Origin: Spirochaetia bacterium
GTDB lineage: Bacteria; Spirochaetota; Spirochaetia; WTKD01; G963693115
Length of the DNA: 64,000 bases
Assembly: GCA_965226055.1 (NCBI GenBank)
Contig: CBDDCA010000003.1
Location: 32,001 to 96,000 of the forward strand
Direction: 5' to 3'
Below the pieces are notes generated by a model. That model saw only the letters and a program-made list of their open reading frames with translations. It had not been told where the DNA came from and did not search any database. The number at the start of each line of letters is the position of its first letter. Positions within the stretch are counted from its first letter, which is position 1. Positions 9,644 through 19,502 of the stretch are shown here, one piece after another. The translations under genes were made by a program, and so were the position numbers.

Positions 9644-9695
9644 ATAGCTATATTTATAAAAAATTCAAGTATTAAATTTGAAAAAGGAGCAAAAT

Positions 9696-9868
9696 ATGAA
9701 AAAAAATCGTATATGGTTTGTTATTTTATGTTTTCAGCGATGTTTTTTAATGCTACCGCTTTTAAGCAAGATTTAGAAGCATGGGGGAAACACATAGGCA
9801 AAAAAAGAGTATTTAAGGCAAATATGTTTTATGGGAGTGGAGTAAAAACACCACCAACATGGCATTAA
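9696..9868 (+). pseudogene. Internally deleted DUF285/BspA-type surface protein gene (signal-peptide start fused out of frame to the C-terminal cap)
   Basis: MKKNRIWFVIL resembles [10 protein letters not shown] of 17332. In another frame [20 protein letters not shown]...MFYGSGVKTPPTWH matches the C-terminus of 17332..19143. Confidence 0.8.
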
Positions 9869-9936
9869 AATATAGAGGTAGGGATGGTAGAACTTTCTTA
9901 CACTTTGAAAAAGAATAATTTTAATAGGAGGCAAAA

Positions 9937-12900
9937 ATGAAATTATTGAATATATCATATATATTTTTTATCGTTTTTGTGTTTTCACTTTTCACTTGTG
10001 AAAATGACAATGTAGGAAGCGGAGGAAGTAACAACGCTATTGATTTAAGTAGTGTGGCATCTCCCCCGCTAGATGTAACGAATATTACTAACAGTATTGT
10101 GAATGGTAATATTGTGTTAAAGTGGCAAGTTCCAGCCCTTACTACTAATCTTAAAAGGAAAGATGGCAAAACACTCACAAAGGCAGATATATCTTACAAA
10201 GTGTATCGAGTAGTAAAGGGAGCAAAGAGCCGAACAATAGCCCAGATTAAAACAGTGGATAAAAAACCGATAACAGTAGCAAAGGGAACAACAAGTACAA
10301 CTATAAGTAATCTTACTGGAAATACAACATACGAGATAGTAGTGCAGGCAGTAAATTCTACAGATACCACAAAAGTCTCTACAGGAGTGAGAGCAGAAGT
10401 TACTACTTTATCCTCTGCAACTGCTCCCGCAGAAGTAAGCACTATTACTGCAGGCAGTACAACGGCTAGCAGTACAGTTATATCATGGACAGCCCCAACG
10501 CTTGATACTAGCCACAAGAAAGCAGACGGCACAGCACTGACAAAGGCAGATGTGTCTTACAAAGTGTATCGAGTAGCAAAGGGAAGCGATGAGCGAACAG
10601 TAGCACAAATAAAATCAGCAGACACAAGCCCGCTAGCAGTAGCAAAGGGAACAACAAGTACAACTATAAGTAACCTTACAGGCAGTACAACATACGAGAT
10701 AGTAGTGCAGGCAGTCAATTCTACTGATGCCACAAAAGCCTCTATAGGCAAGAGAATAGAAGTTACTACTACTGTTATAATAAATCAAGCCACCGCACCC
10801 GCAGAGGCAAGCACTATTACTGCAGGCAGTACAACAGCTAGCAGTACAGTTATATCATGGACAGCTCCAACGCTTGATACTAGCCACAAGAAAGCAGACG
10901 GCACAGCACTGATAAAGGCAGATGTATCTTACAAAGTGTATCGAGTAGCAAAAGGAAGCGATGAGCGAACAGTGGCACAGATTAAGACAGCAGATACAAG
11001 CCCGCTAGCAGTAGCAAAGGGAACAACAAGTACAACTATAAGTAACCTTACAGGGAATACAACATACGAGATAGTAGTGCAGGCAGTAAATTCTACTGAT
11101 ACCACAAAAGCCTCTATAGGCAAGAGAATAGAAGTTACTACCACGAACCCTGCAACTGCCCCCGCAGAAGTAAGTGCTATTACTGCAGGCAGTACAACGG
11201 CTAGCAGTACAACGCTATCATGGACAGCCCCCACGCTTGATACTAGTCACAAGAAGGCAGACGGCACAGCACTGACAAAGGCAGATGTGTCTTACAAAGT
11301 GTATCGAGTAGCAAAAGGAAGCGATGAGCGAACAGTAGCACAGATTAAGACAGCAGACACAAGCCCGCTAGCAGTAACAAAGGGAACTATAAGCAAAACT
11401 ATAAATAACCTTACAGGCAGTACAACATACGAGATAGTAGTGCAGGCAGTCAATTCTACCGATATCACAAAAGCCTCTACAGGCAAGAGAATAGAAGTTA
11501 CTACTCTAAACCCCGCAAATGCCCCAACAGAAGTAAGCACTATTACTGCAAGCAGTACAACAGCTAGCAGTACAGTTATATCATGGACAGCTCCAACGCT
11601 TACTACTAGCCATAAGAAAGCGGACGGGGGAAGGCTTACAACGGCAGATGTATCTTACAAAATATATCGAGTAGCAAAGGGAAGCAAAGCCCGAACAGTA
11701 GCAGAGATTAAGAGAGTAGACCCGACTCCACTAAAAGTAACAAAGGGAACAACCCGTATAACTATAACAAACCTTAATTATAATACCGCCTATGAAATAG
11801 TAGTACAAGCAGTCAATTCTACTGATACTACAAAAGTCTCTACAGGAATACGAAAAGAAGTTACTACTAATCGTATACCTAATATAGCCACCGCCCCAAC
11901 AGAAGTAACCAATATCACCGCAGGCAGTACAACGGCTAGCAGTACAGTTATATCATGGACAGCCCCCACCCTAACAAACAGTCACAAGAAAGCAAACGGA
12001 CAAAATCTTACAACGGCAGATGTATCTTACAAAATATATCGGGTAGCGAAGGGAAGCGATGAGCGAACAGTAGCCCAGATTAAAACAGCAGACACGACTC
12101 CGATCGCAGTAGCAAAGGGAACAACAAGAACAACTATAAGTAACCTTACAGGAAGTACAATATACGAGATAGTAGTGCAGGCAGTCAATTCTACCGATAC
12201 CACAAAAGTCTCTACAGGAGTGAGAGCAGAAGTTACTACTCTAAACCCCGCAAATGCTCCCGCAGAAGTAAGCAATGTTACTGCTGGAAGTACTACCGAT
12301 AAAAGAATAGAAGTAACATGGCAAGCACCAACGCTTACTAATGATCACAAGAAGGCAAACGGAGAAACACTAACAACGGCAGATGTATTTTATAAAGTGT
12401 ATCGAGTAGCAAAAGGAAGCGATGAGCGAACAGTAGCAGAGATTAAAACAGCAGACACAAGCCCGTTAGAAGTAGCACGGGGAATAACTACTGTATTTAT
12501 ACCCAACCTTACAGGCAGTACAACATACGAGATAGTAGTGCAGGCAGTCAATTCTACCGATACCACAAAAGCCTCTACAGGAGTGAGAGCAGAAGTTACT
12601 ACTACTAACCCTGCAAATGCTCCCGCTGAAGTAAGCAATATTACTGTAGGCAGTACAACGGCTAGCAGTACAACGCTTTCATGGACAGCCCCCACGCTTG
12701 ATAATAGCCACAAAAAAGCAAACGGAGAAACACTTACAACGGCAGATGTGTCTTATAAAGTGTATCGTGTTGCAAAAGGAAAGAATGCCCGAGATGTAGC
12801 AGAGATTAAGACAGCGGATAAAAGCCCGTTAGCAGTAGCAAAGGGAACTATAAGCAAAACTATAAATAACCTTGCAGGCAGTACAACTTATGAGATAGTA

Positions 12901-15900
12901 GTACAAGCAGTCAATTCTACTGATACCACAAAAGCCTCTACAGGAGTGAGAGCAGAAGTTACTACTTTATCCTCTGCAACAGCCCCCGCAGAAGTAAGCA
13001 ATGTTAGTGCAGGAAGCACAACTGCTAGCAGTACAGTTATATCATGGACAGCCCCCACGCTTGATAATAGCCATAAAAAAGCAGACGGTACAGCACTGAC
13101 AAAGGCAGATGTGTCTTACAAAGTGTATCGAGTAGCAAAGGGAAGCGATGAGCGAACAGTAGCAGAGATTAAGACAGCGGATAAAAGCCCGCTAGCAGTA
13201 ACAAAAGGAACTATAAGCAAAACTATAAATAACCTTACAGGCAGTACAACATACGAGATAGTAGTGCAGGCAGTCAATTCTACCGATACCACAAAAGTCT
13301 CTACAGGCAAGAGAATAGAAGTAACAACCTCAAACCCCGCAAATGCCCCCGCAGAAGTAAGCAATGTTAGTGCAGGAAGCACAACTGCTAGCAGTACAGT
13401 TATATCATGGACAGCCCCAACGCTTGATACTAGCCACAAGAAAGCAGATGGCACAGCACTGACAAAGGCAGATGTGTCTTACAAAGTGTATCGAGTAGCA
13501 AAGGGAAGCGATGAGCGAACAGTAGCAGAGATTAAGACAGCGGATAAAAGCCCGCTAGCAGTAACAAAAGGAACTATAAGCAAAACTATAAGTAACCTTA
13601 CAGGCAGTACAACATACGAGATAGTAGTGCAGGCAGTCAATTCCACCGATACCACAAAAGTCTCTACAGGAGTGAGAGCAGAAGTTACTACTTTATCCTC
13701 TGCAACTGCTCCCGCAGAAGTAAGCAATGTTAGTGCAGGAAGCACAACTGCTAGCAGTACAGTTATATCATGGACAGCACCAACGCTTGATACTAGCCAT
13801 AAGAAAGCAGACGGCACAGCACTAACAAAGGCAGATGTGTCTTACAAAGTGTATCGAGTAGCAAAAGGAAAGAATGCCCGAGATGTAGCAGAAATTAAGA
13901 CAGCGGATAAAAGCCCGTTAGCAGTAACAAAGGGAACTATAAGCAAAACTATAAGTAACCTTACAGGCAGTACAACATACGAGATAGTAGTGCAGGCAGT
14001 CAATTCTACCGATACCACAAAAGCCTCTACAGGCAAGAGAATAGAAGTTACTACTCTAAACCCCGCAAATGCCCCCGCAGAAGTAAGCAATGTTAGTGCA
14101 GGAAGCACAACTGCTAGCAGTACAGTTATATCATGGACAGCCCCCACGCTTGATAATAGCCATAAAAAAGCAGACGGTACAGCACTGACAAAGGCAGATG
14201 TGTCTTACAAAGTGTATCGAGTAGCAAAGGGAAGCGATGAGCGAACAGTAGCAGAGATTAAGACAGCGGATAAAAGCCCGCTAGCAGTAACAAAAGGAAC
14301 TATAAGCAAAACTATAAATAACCTTACAGGCAGTACAACATACGAGATAGTAGTACAAGCAGTAAATTCTACTGATACCACAAAAGTCTCTACAGGAGTG
14401 AGAGCAGAAGTTACTACTTTATCCTCTGCAACTGCTCCCGCAGAAGTAAGCAATGTTAGTGCAGGAAGCACAACTGCTAGCAGTACAACAATATCATGGA
14501 CAGCCCCAACGCTTGATAATAGCCACAAGAAAGCAGACGGCACAGCACTAACAAAGGCAGATGTGTCTTACAAAGTGTATCGAGTAGCAAAAGGAAAGAA
14601 TGCCCGAGATGTAGCAGAGATTAAGACAGCAGATAAAAGCCCGTTAGCAGTAACAAAAGGAACTATAAGCAAAACTATAAGTAACCTTACAGGCAGTACA
14701 ACATACGAGATAGTAGTACAGGCAGTCAATTCTACCGATACCACAAAAGCCTCTACAGGCAAGAGAATAGAAGTTACTACTACCAACCCCGCAAATGCTC
14801 CCGCAGAAGTAAGCAATATTACTGCAGGCAATCTTATTGCAGGCACTCCCTACAGCACTGGTATTACTATATCATGGACAGCCCCAACGCTTGATAATAG
14901 CCACAAGAAAGCAGATGGCACAGCACTGACAACGGCAGATGTATCTTACAAAGTGTATCGAGTGGCAGAAAGATGGAATAACCCCCGAACAGTAGCACAG
15001 ATTAAAACAGCAGACACAAGCCCGCTAGAAGTAACACAGAATACAACAAGTATAAATATAACTAATCTTGTTTTGTACGAAACATACGAGATAGTAGTGC
15101 AGGCAGTCAATTCTACCGATACCACAAAAATCTCTACAGGAATAAAGAAAAACATTACTCTCAATAGTAACGCCACTGATCCCGCAGAAGTAAACAATGT
15201 TACAGGAACTCCCGCTGATAAATCTGCAAGAATATCGTGGGAAGCTCCAACACTCAAAAGCAGTCACAAAAAATCAGACGGAACACAACTAACAACGGCA
15301 GAGGTATCGTATAAGGTATATGCAGCGAGAAGGAAAAGAGATGAGTACGGAGTTTATTACAAAGAACGCACAGTAGCACAAATTATAGCAGGTGGTCACC
15401 CAATTAGTTTACCCGCAGGAACTACAAGTACGAATATTAATACTATTGCAAAAGATATAGTTTTTATACCTAAAAATAAATACGAGATAGTAGTGCAAGC
15501 AGTAAATGTCACCGATACGTCAAAAGTCTCTACAGGAGTAAGAATAGAAATAACTACCATTTCTACTAATCACGCCACCGCCCCGCCAGACCCCCGCAGT
15601 GTTTTAAGCTATGCAGCAAAGCCATCTAATAGAGCAGTAACAATATCATGGATAACTTCAACGCTTACTAATAATCATAAGAAACCAGACGGCACGAAAT
15701 TAGCGAAAACAGATATAGATTACTATGTATATCATTTAGAAAAGGCCAGCATTTCTAAAACAGTAGAACAAATTAAAAACAGAAAGCCAATCCCTATACT
15801 AGTACTCAATGGAGCTACAAATGTAGTTATTTCTAATCTTAAGCCCAATACTACCTATGAGGTAGTAGTGCAGGCAGTCAACTCTATTGATACAAGAAAA

Positions 15901-16248
15901 AAATCTACAGGCATACGAATAGAAGTTACTACTTTAGTAACGCTTAATGAATTAGTATTTAAGGTAAAGGGAAATAAAGTTACTTATGAATGGGTACATT
16001 ACCCTGAAACTGCAAATATTGAAATAGAACAAACGCCATACGCAACAGGTAAATATTCAATAAGTCCCAACCTCACAGCAGACACTGGACTGTCCTTTGA
16101 TACAAAAACAGGCAGGATATACGGACAACCCACGAAATCGCTTAAAACCTTCAATGCTCGTAAATACTACACAGTAAAATTTACTGCAAACGATGGACGA
16201 ATAGCACGGGGTACAATTCTCTTAAAAGTAACAAGAAATAACTACTAA
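9937..16248 (+). CDS. Giant surface (lipo)protein: 16 tandem fibronectin type III-like modules plus C-terminal putative Ig domain
   Basis: AGGAGG RBS, signal peptide ending LFTC, 16 copies of W-x-x-P...Y-x-VY...NL...YE(I/V)VVQAVN, C-terminal YSISPNL...GLSFDTKTGRIYGQP (He_PIG-like). Confidence 0.9.
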   Translation: MKLLNISYIFFIVFVFSLFTCENDNVGSGGSNNAIDLSSVASPPLDVTNITNSIVNGNIVLKWQVPALTTNLKRKDGKTLTKADISYKVYRVVKGAKSRTIAQIKTVDKKPITVAKGTTSTTISNLTGNTTYEIVVQAVNSTDTTKVSTGVRAEVTTLSSATAPAEVSTITAGSTTASSTVISWTAPTLDTSHKKADGTALTKADVSYKVYRVAKGSDERTVAQIKSADTSPLAVAKGTTSTTISNLTGSTTYEIVVQAVNSTDATKASIGKRIEVTTTVIINQATAPAEASTITAGSTTASSTVISWTAPTLDTSHKKADGTALIKADVSYKVYRVAKGSDERTVAQIKTADTSPLAVAKGTTSTTISNLTGNTTYEIVVQAVNSTDTTKASIGKRIEVTTTNPATAPAEVSAITAGSTTASSTTLSWTAPTLDTSHKKADGTALTKADVSYKVYRVAKGSDERTVAQIKTADTSPLAVTKGTISKTINNLTGSTTYEIVVQAVNSTDITKASTGKRIEVTTLNPANAPTEVSTITASSTTASSTVISWTAPTLTTSHKKADGGRLTTADVSYKIYRVAKGSKARTVAEIKRVDPTPLKVTKGTTRITITNLNYNTAYEIVVQAVNSTDTTKVSTGIRKEVTTNRIPNIATAPTEVTNITAGSTTASSTVISWTAPTLTNSHKKANGQNLTTADVSYKIYRVAKGSDERTVAQIKTADTTPIAVAKGTTRTTISNLTGSTIYEIVVQAVNSTDTTKVSTGVRAEVTTLNPANAPAEVSNVTAGSTTDKRIEVTWQAPTLTNDHKKANGETLTTADVFYKVYRVAKGSDERTVAEIKTADTSPLEVARGITTVFIPNLTGSTTYEIVVQAVNSTDTTKASTGVRAEVTTTNPANAPAEVSNITVGSTTASSTTLSWTAPTLDNSHKKANGETLTTADVSYKVYRVAKGKNARDVAEIKTADKSPLAVAKGTISKTINNLAGSTTYEIVVQAVNSTDTTKASTGVRAEVTTLSSATAPAEVSNVSAGSTTASSTVISWTAPTLDNSHKKADGTALTKADVSYKVYRVAKGSDERTVAEIKTADKSPLAVTKGTISKTINNLTGSTTYEIVVQAVNSTDTTKVSTGKRIEVTTSNPANAPAEVSNVSAGSTTASSTVISWTAPTLDTSHKKADGTALTKADVSYKVYRVAKGSDERTVAEIKTADKSPLAVTKGTISKTISNLTGSTTYEIVVQAVNSTDTTKVSTGVRAEVTTLSSATAPAEVSNVSAGSTTASSTVISWTAPTLDTSHKKADGTALTKADVSYKVYRVAKGKNARDVAEIKTADKSPLAVTKGTISKTISNLTGSTTYEIVVQAVNSTDTTKASTGKRIEVTTLNPANAPAEVSNVSAGSTTASSTVISWTAPTLDNSHKKADGTALTKADVSYKVYRVAKGSDERTVAEIKTADKSPLAVTKGTISKTINNLTGSTTYEIVVQAVNSTDTTKVSTGVRAEVTTLSSATAPAEVSNVSAGSTTASSTTISWTAPTLDNSHKKADGTALTKADVSYKVYRVAKGKNARDVAEIKTADKSPLAVTKGTISKTISNLTGSTTYEIVVQAVNSTDTTKASTGKRIEVTTTNPANAPAEVSNITAGNLIAGTPYSTGITISWTAPTLDNSHKKADGTALTTADVSYKVYRVAERWNNPRTVAQIKTADTSPLEVTQNTTSINITNLVLYETYEIVVQAVNSTDTTKISTGIKKNITLNSNATDPAEVNNVTGTPADKSARISWEAPTLKSSHKKSDGTQLTTAEVSYKVYAARRKRDEYGVYYKERTVAQIIAGGHPISLPAGTTSTNINTIAKDIVFIPKNKYEIVVQAVNVTDTSKVSTGVRIEITTISTNHATAPPDPRSVLSYAAKPSNRAVTISWITSTLTNNHKKPDGTKLAKTDIDYYVYHLEKASISKTVEQIKNRKPIPILVLNGATNVVISNLKPNTTYEVVVQAVNSIDTRKKSTGIRIEVTTLVTLNELVFKVKGNKVTYEWVHYPETANIEIEQTPYATGKYSISPNLTADTGLSFDTKTGRIYGQPTKSLKTFNARKYYTVKFTANDGRIARGTILLKVTRNNY
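10057..15935 (+). repeat. Intragenic ~363-bp tandem repeat (16 units) with a 726-bp higher-order period
   Basis: Near-identical units. The variant GCAAAAGGAAAGAATGCCCGAGATGTAGCAGA recurs at 12772, 13861 and 14587. Confidence 0.9.
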
Positions 16249-16275
16249 TACATATATATTGTATATAATTAAGTA

Positions 16276-16356
16276 GTGTAATGATGGTAGAATTTGTATA
16301 TTTTTCTCCTAATAAATGCAGATATTAGAGTATAATTTTTTCTATCATCTTTACAC
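16276..16356. repeat. 81-bp imperfect hairpin element
   Basis: GTGTAATGATGGTAGAA...TTCTATCATCTTTACAC arms with central AATGCAGAT. Homologous to 19158-19240. Confidence 0.7.
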
Positions 16357-16391
16357 TTTGAAAAAGAATAATTTTTGAATAGGAGGCTGCA

Positions 16392-16971
16392 ATGAAATTA
16401 TTGAATGGTATCATATTATATTTTTATCGTTCTTGTGTTTTTACTGTTTACTTGCGAAGGCAACAAGGTAGGTAGCACTAAAGGTAACCCTGCCACCGCA
16501 CCGCCAGAGGCAAGCAGTGTTACAGGAAGTCCCACCGATAACAGTGTAAGGGTATCATGGACAGCTCCAACGCTTGATAATAATCATAAGACAGCAGACA
16601 CAAGCCCGCTAGCAGTAGCAAAGGGAACAACAAGTATAAATATAACTAATCTTACAACTACTACCACCTATGAAGTAGTAGTACAGGCAGTCAATGCAAC
16701 AGATACCACAAAAGTCTCTACAGGAATAAAAACAGAAGTAACTACTCTTAGTTCTCTTAATTTAGTTTTGAAGAAAGGCAGTACTATAGAAACAGAAGTA
16801 AACATAAGGATAAATTCTGTTGGTGTTAATGTTCGTTCAATAGTAACACCGAATGTAAGTGGTACATTTTTTATTTCTCCTAATTTAACGAAAAATACTG
16901 GAATTTTATTTAATACTAATACTGGCATACTATCGGGGTTAGTACATTTAAGTAGTATTTTACTATATTGA
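16392..16971 (+). pseudogene. Degenerate FN3 + Ig surface protein gene (5' end like 9937, 3' end like 19503)
   Basis: AGGAGG + ATGAAATTATTGAAT as in 9937, then a +1 frameshift. In-frame 96-bp deletion in the FN3 module. 85-bp deletion relative to 25998-26082. Confidence 0.8.
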
Positions 16972-17003
16972 TATGATTAAATATATGGTACTTTAGTATT
17001 ACC

Positions 17004-17042
17004 TTTAGTAGACACAGCATTATTTATGCTGTGTCTACTAAA
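17004..17042. terminator. Perfect 17-bp inverted repeat, copy 1
   Basis: TTTAGTAGACACAGCAT-TATTT-ATGCTGTGTCTACTAAA. Identical copy at 26148-26186. Confidence 0.7.
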
Positions 17043-17134
17043 TTACCGAAAGCAAAAGAGCTAATTTTTATAAAATCGGTAAGTATTTATTGCAGGTACA
17101 TATAAAATAACTTCTACTAAGCATATTTGAGAAA

Positions 17135-17173
17135 GGAGTTTTGTTATCTCATGTATACCTTTGGTAGCACTCA
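17135..17173 (+). repeat. att-like site B (internal junction)
   Basis: GGAGTTTTGT-TATCTCATGTATACCTTTG-GTAGCACTCA, with shared flanks on both sides. Confidence 0.75.
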
Positions 17174-17250
17174 ATTCAGATATTTTATGTAATTAGTACT
17201 TAAAATTGAGAATAGAAGGCCATCTCTTTAAAAAAACAGGTGTTTTGGTA

Positions 17251-17279
17251 TTGCGTTTTTTTGTATTTCTTTGTATATT
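17251..17279 (+). promoter_or_regulatory. Sigma70-type promoter, 17-bp spacer with interrupted T tract
   Basis: TTGCGT-17 bp-TATATT, positionally homologous to 9615 and 19421. Confidence 0.65.
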
Positions 17280-17331
17280 ATATCTATCTTTATTCAAAAT
17301 TCAAGCGTTAAGTTTGAAAAAGGAGAAAAAT

Positions 17332-19143
17332 ATGAAAACAAATCATATATATTTTATTATTTTTAGTGTTTTTATTATTTTGATAAGTGCTTGTGAAGCT
17401 GAGATTCCGACTATTGATAACAGTAGGAATGATGCTTCCTCTGCGACTGCACCAGCAGAGGCAAGCAATGTTACAGGAAGCCCAACCAATACAAGTGCAA
17501 GTATATCCTGGCAAGCCCCAACGCTTACAAGCAGTCATAAGAAAGCAGACGGAACACAGCTGACAAAGGCAGATGTATCTTACAAAGTATACCGAGTAGC
17601 AAAAGGAGCAAAGAGCCGAACAATAGCACAGATTAAAGAAGCGGACACGAAACCGATTGAAGTAGCAAAGGGAACAACAAGCACAAGTATAACTAATCTT
17701 ACTAGAAGTACGACCTATGAAATAGTAGTACAAGCAGTCAATGCCACCGACCCCACAAAAGTCTCTACAGGTATACGAATAGAAGTAACTACACTTGCCA
17801 CAAATCAAGCAACAGCACCAGCAGACGTCCGTGTTGTTACAGGAAGCCGCTCTACTGATACCAGTACATTGATAAGATGGCTACCCCCAACGCTTGATAC
17901 TAGCCACAAGAAAGCAGACGGCACAGCACTGACAAAGGCAGATGTATCTTACAAAGTGTATCGAGTAGCAAAGGGAAGTGATGAGCGAACAGTAGCAGAG
18001 ATTAAGACAGCAGACACAAGCCCGTTAGCAGTAACAAAGGGAACAACAAGTACAACTATAAGTAACCTTACAGGAAATACAACATACGAGATAGTAGTAC
18101 AAGCAGTCAATTCCACTGCCCCCACAAAAGTCTCTACAGGCATACGAATAGAAATAACTACCCTTGCCTCTATTAGCATGAGAGCAAAGCAACAAGGAAG
18201 CAGCAGTACATTTACTACTTTGTCAGCAACAGCACAAGGAAAAGACGGAACAACAGAAATTACTCCTATTGTAATGGAAGTAACGCCCAGTAGTGTAGTA
18301 AGCAGTGGTACATTTTCAATCAGCCCCAGCCTAACAGAAAATACAGGCATTTCTTTCAATACCAGCAACGGCACAATATCAGGGGTAGCGAAATATATAC
18401 AGAGTGAAACTACTTATACAATAACCTTTACAGCGACAGACCGCAGAACAGCACAGACCACTATTGATATTACTGTAGTGGGAAAATATAGCCCGAAAAG
18501 TAGAGCCGATTTAATTACACTAATACAGGATATAATGGACACCGATGACAACGGGAAAATAGATGATATTGACCCCGACTTAAACATTATTGATACAAGT
18601 AATATTACAGATATGACCAAATTATTTAGCACGAGAACAAAATTACATGTATTTAATGGGGATATATCAAAATGGGATGTAAGTAATGTAACTACTATGT
18701 TTACCATGTTTGCCAGTAATAAGGTATTTAATGGGGATATATCAAACTGGAATGTAAGTAAAGTAACCGATATGGACGGGATGTTTAATAATGCTATAAA
18801 GTTTAATGGGGATATATCAAACTGGAAAGTAGGGAAAGTAACGAATATGGACAGGATGTTTTTTAATGCAACAGCATTTAATGGTGACATATCAAAATGG
18901 GATGTAAGCAAAGTAACGGATATGAGCCTTATGTTTCATCAAGCCTCTGCATTTAATAAGGATATATCAGACTGGAATGTAGAGAGTGTAACCAATATGT
19001 TTGGAATGTTTAATCTAGCGACTTCATTTACTAAAGATTTAGAAGCATGGGGGGAACATATAGGGGATAGTGTAGATATGTCCTTAATGTTTGATGGCAG
19101 TGGAGTAAAGACAACGCCTTCATGGTATAAAAGTGGAAATTAA
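17332..19143 (+). CDS. Surface lipoprotein: 2 FN3 modules, putative Ig domain, DUF285/BspA-type 25-aa repeats
   Basis: Start moved to ATG 17332 (AAGGAG RBS). Lipobox LISAC. FSISPSL...[13 protein letters not shown]. Repeated [16 protein letters not shown]. Confidence 0.9.
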   Translation: MKTNHIYFIIFSVFIILISACEAEIPTIDNSRNDASSATAPAEASNVTGSPTNTSASISWQAPTLTSSHKKADGTQLTKADVSYKVYRVAKGAKSRTIAQIKEADTKPIEVAKGTTSTSITNLTRSTTYEIVVQAVNATDPTKVSTGIRIEVTTLATNQATAPADVRVVTGSRSTDTSTLIRWLPPTLDTSHKKADGTALTKADVSYKVYRVAKGSDERTVAEIKTADTSPLAVTKGTTSTTISNLTGNTTYEIVVQAVNSTAPTKVSTGIRIEITTLASISMRAKQQGSSSTFTTLSATAQGKDGTTEITPIVMEVTPSSVVSSGTFSISPSLTENTGISFNTSNGTISGVAKYIQSETTYTITFTATDRRTAQTTIDITVVGKYSPKSRADLITLIQDIMDTDDNGKIDDIDPDLNIIDTSNITDMTKLFSTRTKLHVFNGDISKWDVSNVTTMFTMFASNKVFNGDISNWNVSKVTDMDGMFNNAIKFNGDISNWKVGKVTNMDRMFFNATAFNGDISKWDVSKVTDMSLMFHQASAFNKDISDWNVESVTNMFGMFNLATSFTKDLEAWGEHIGDSVDMSLMFDGSGVKTTPSWYKSGN

Positions 19144-19157
19144 AGTATAGTAAACTT

Positions 19158-19240
19158 GTGTAGGGATGAGAAATATAAAATCTTTATTATATTACTAATG
19201 CAGATGTTTGTTATTCTTATCTTTTCAATCATCCCTACAC
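19158..19240. repeat. 83-bp imperfect hairpin element
   Basis: GTGTAGGGATGA...TCATCCCTACAC perfect 12-bp arms with central AATGCAGAT. Confidence 0.7.
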
Positions 19241-19305
19241 TTTAGTAAGTTTATATAAGATGAGAAAACTGTTATTACTATTACAAATTGAGCATATTTG
19301 AGAAA

Positions 19306-19344
19306 GGAGTTTTGCTATCTCGTGTATACCTTTGGTAAAACTCC
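19306..19344 (+). repeat. att-like site C (internal junction, most symmetric copy)
   Basis: GGAGTTTTGC-TATCTCGTGTATACCTTTG-GTAAAACTCC; the arms are 9/10 inverted. Confidence 0.75.
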
Positions 19345-19420
19345 ATTCAGATATTTTATGTAAATAGCACTTAAAATTGAGAATAAAAGGCTATTTTTTA
19401 AGAAAATAGGTGTTTTGCTA

Positions 19421-19451
19421 TTGCGGTTTTTTTTTTTTTTTGTTGTATAAT
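19421..19451 (+). promoter_or_regulatory. Sigma70-type promoter with T15 tract in a 19-bp spacer
   Basis: TTGCGG (19421-19426), T15-GTTG, TATAAT (19446-19451). Confidence 0.75.
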
Positions 19452-19502
19452 AATATATCTGCATCTAAAATGCAAGTATTAAGTTTGAAAAAGGAGTAAA
19501 AT

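Noticed and set aside
9635-9868. 77-aa ORF from the ORF track as a real gene
   Set aside because: Its TTG start lies inside the promoter; only the last ~45 codons are meaningful, as a DUF285 remnant.
16276-16356. Classical integron attC call for the hairpin elements
   Set aside because: No RYYYAAC/GTTRRRY boxes, no intI in the window, and the cassettes carry their own promoters.
17206-17331. N-terminal 42-aa extension of the DUF285 lipoprotein
   Set aside because: Runs through the conserved promoter and leader; paralogues and the RBS place the start at 17332.
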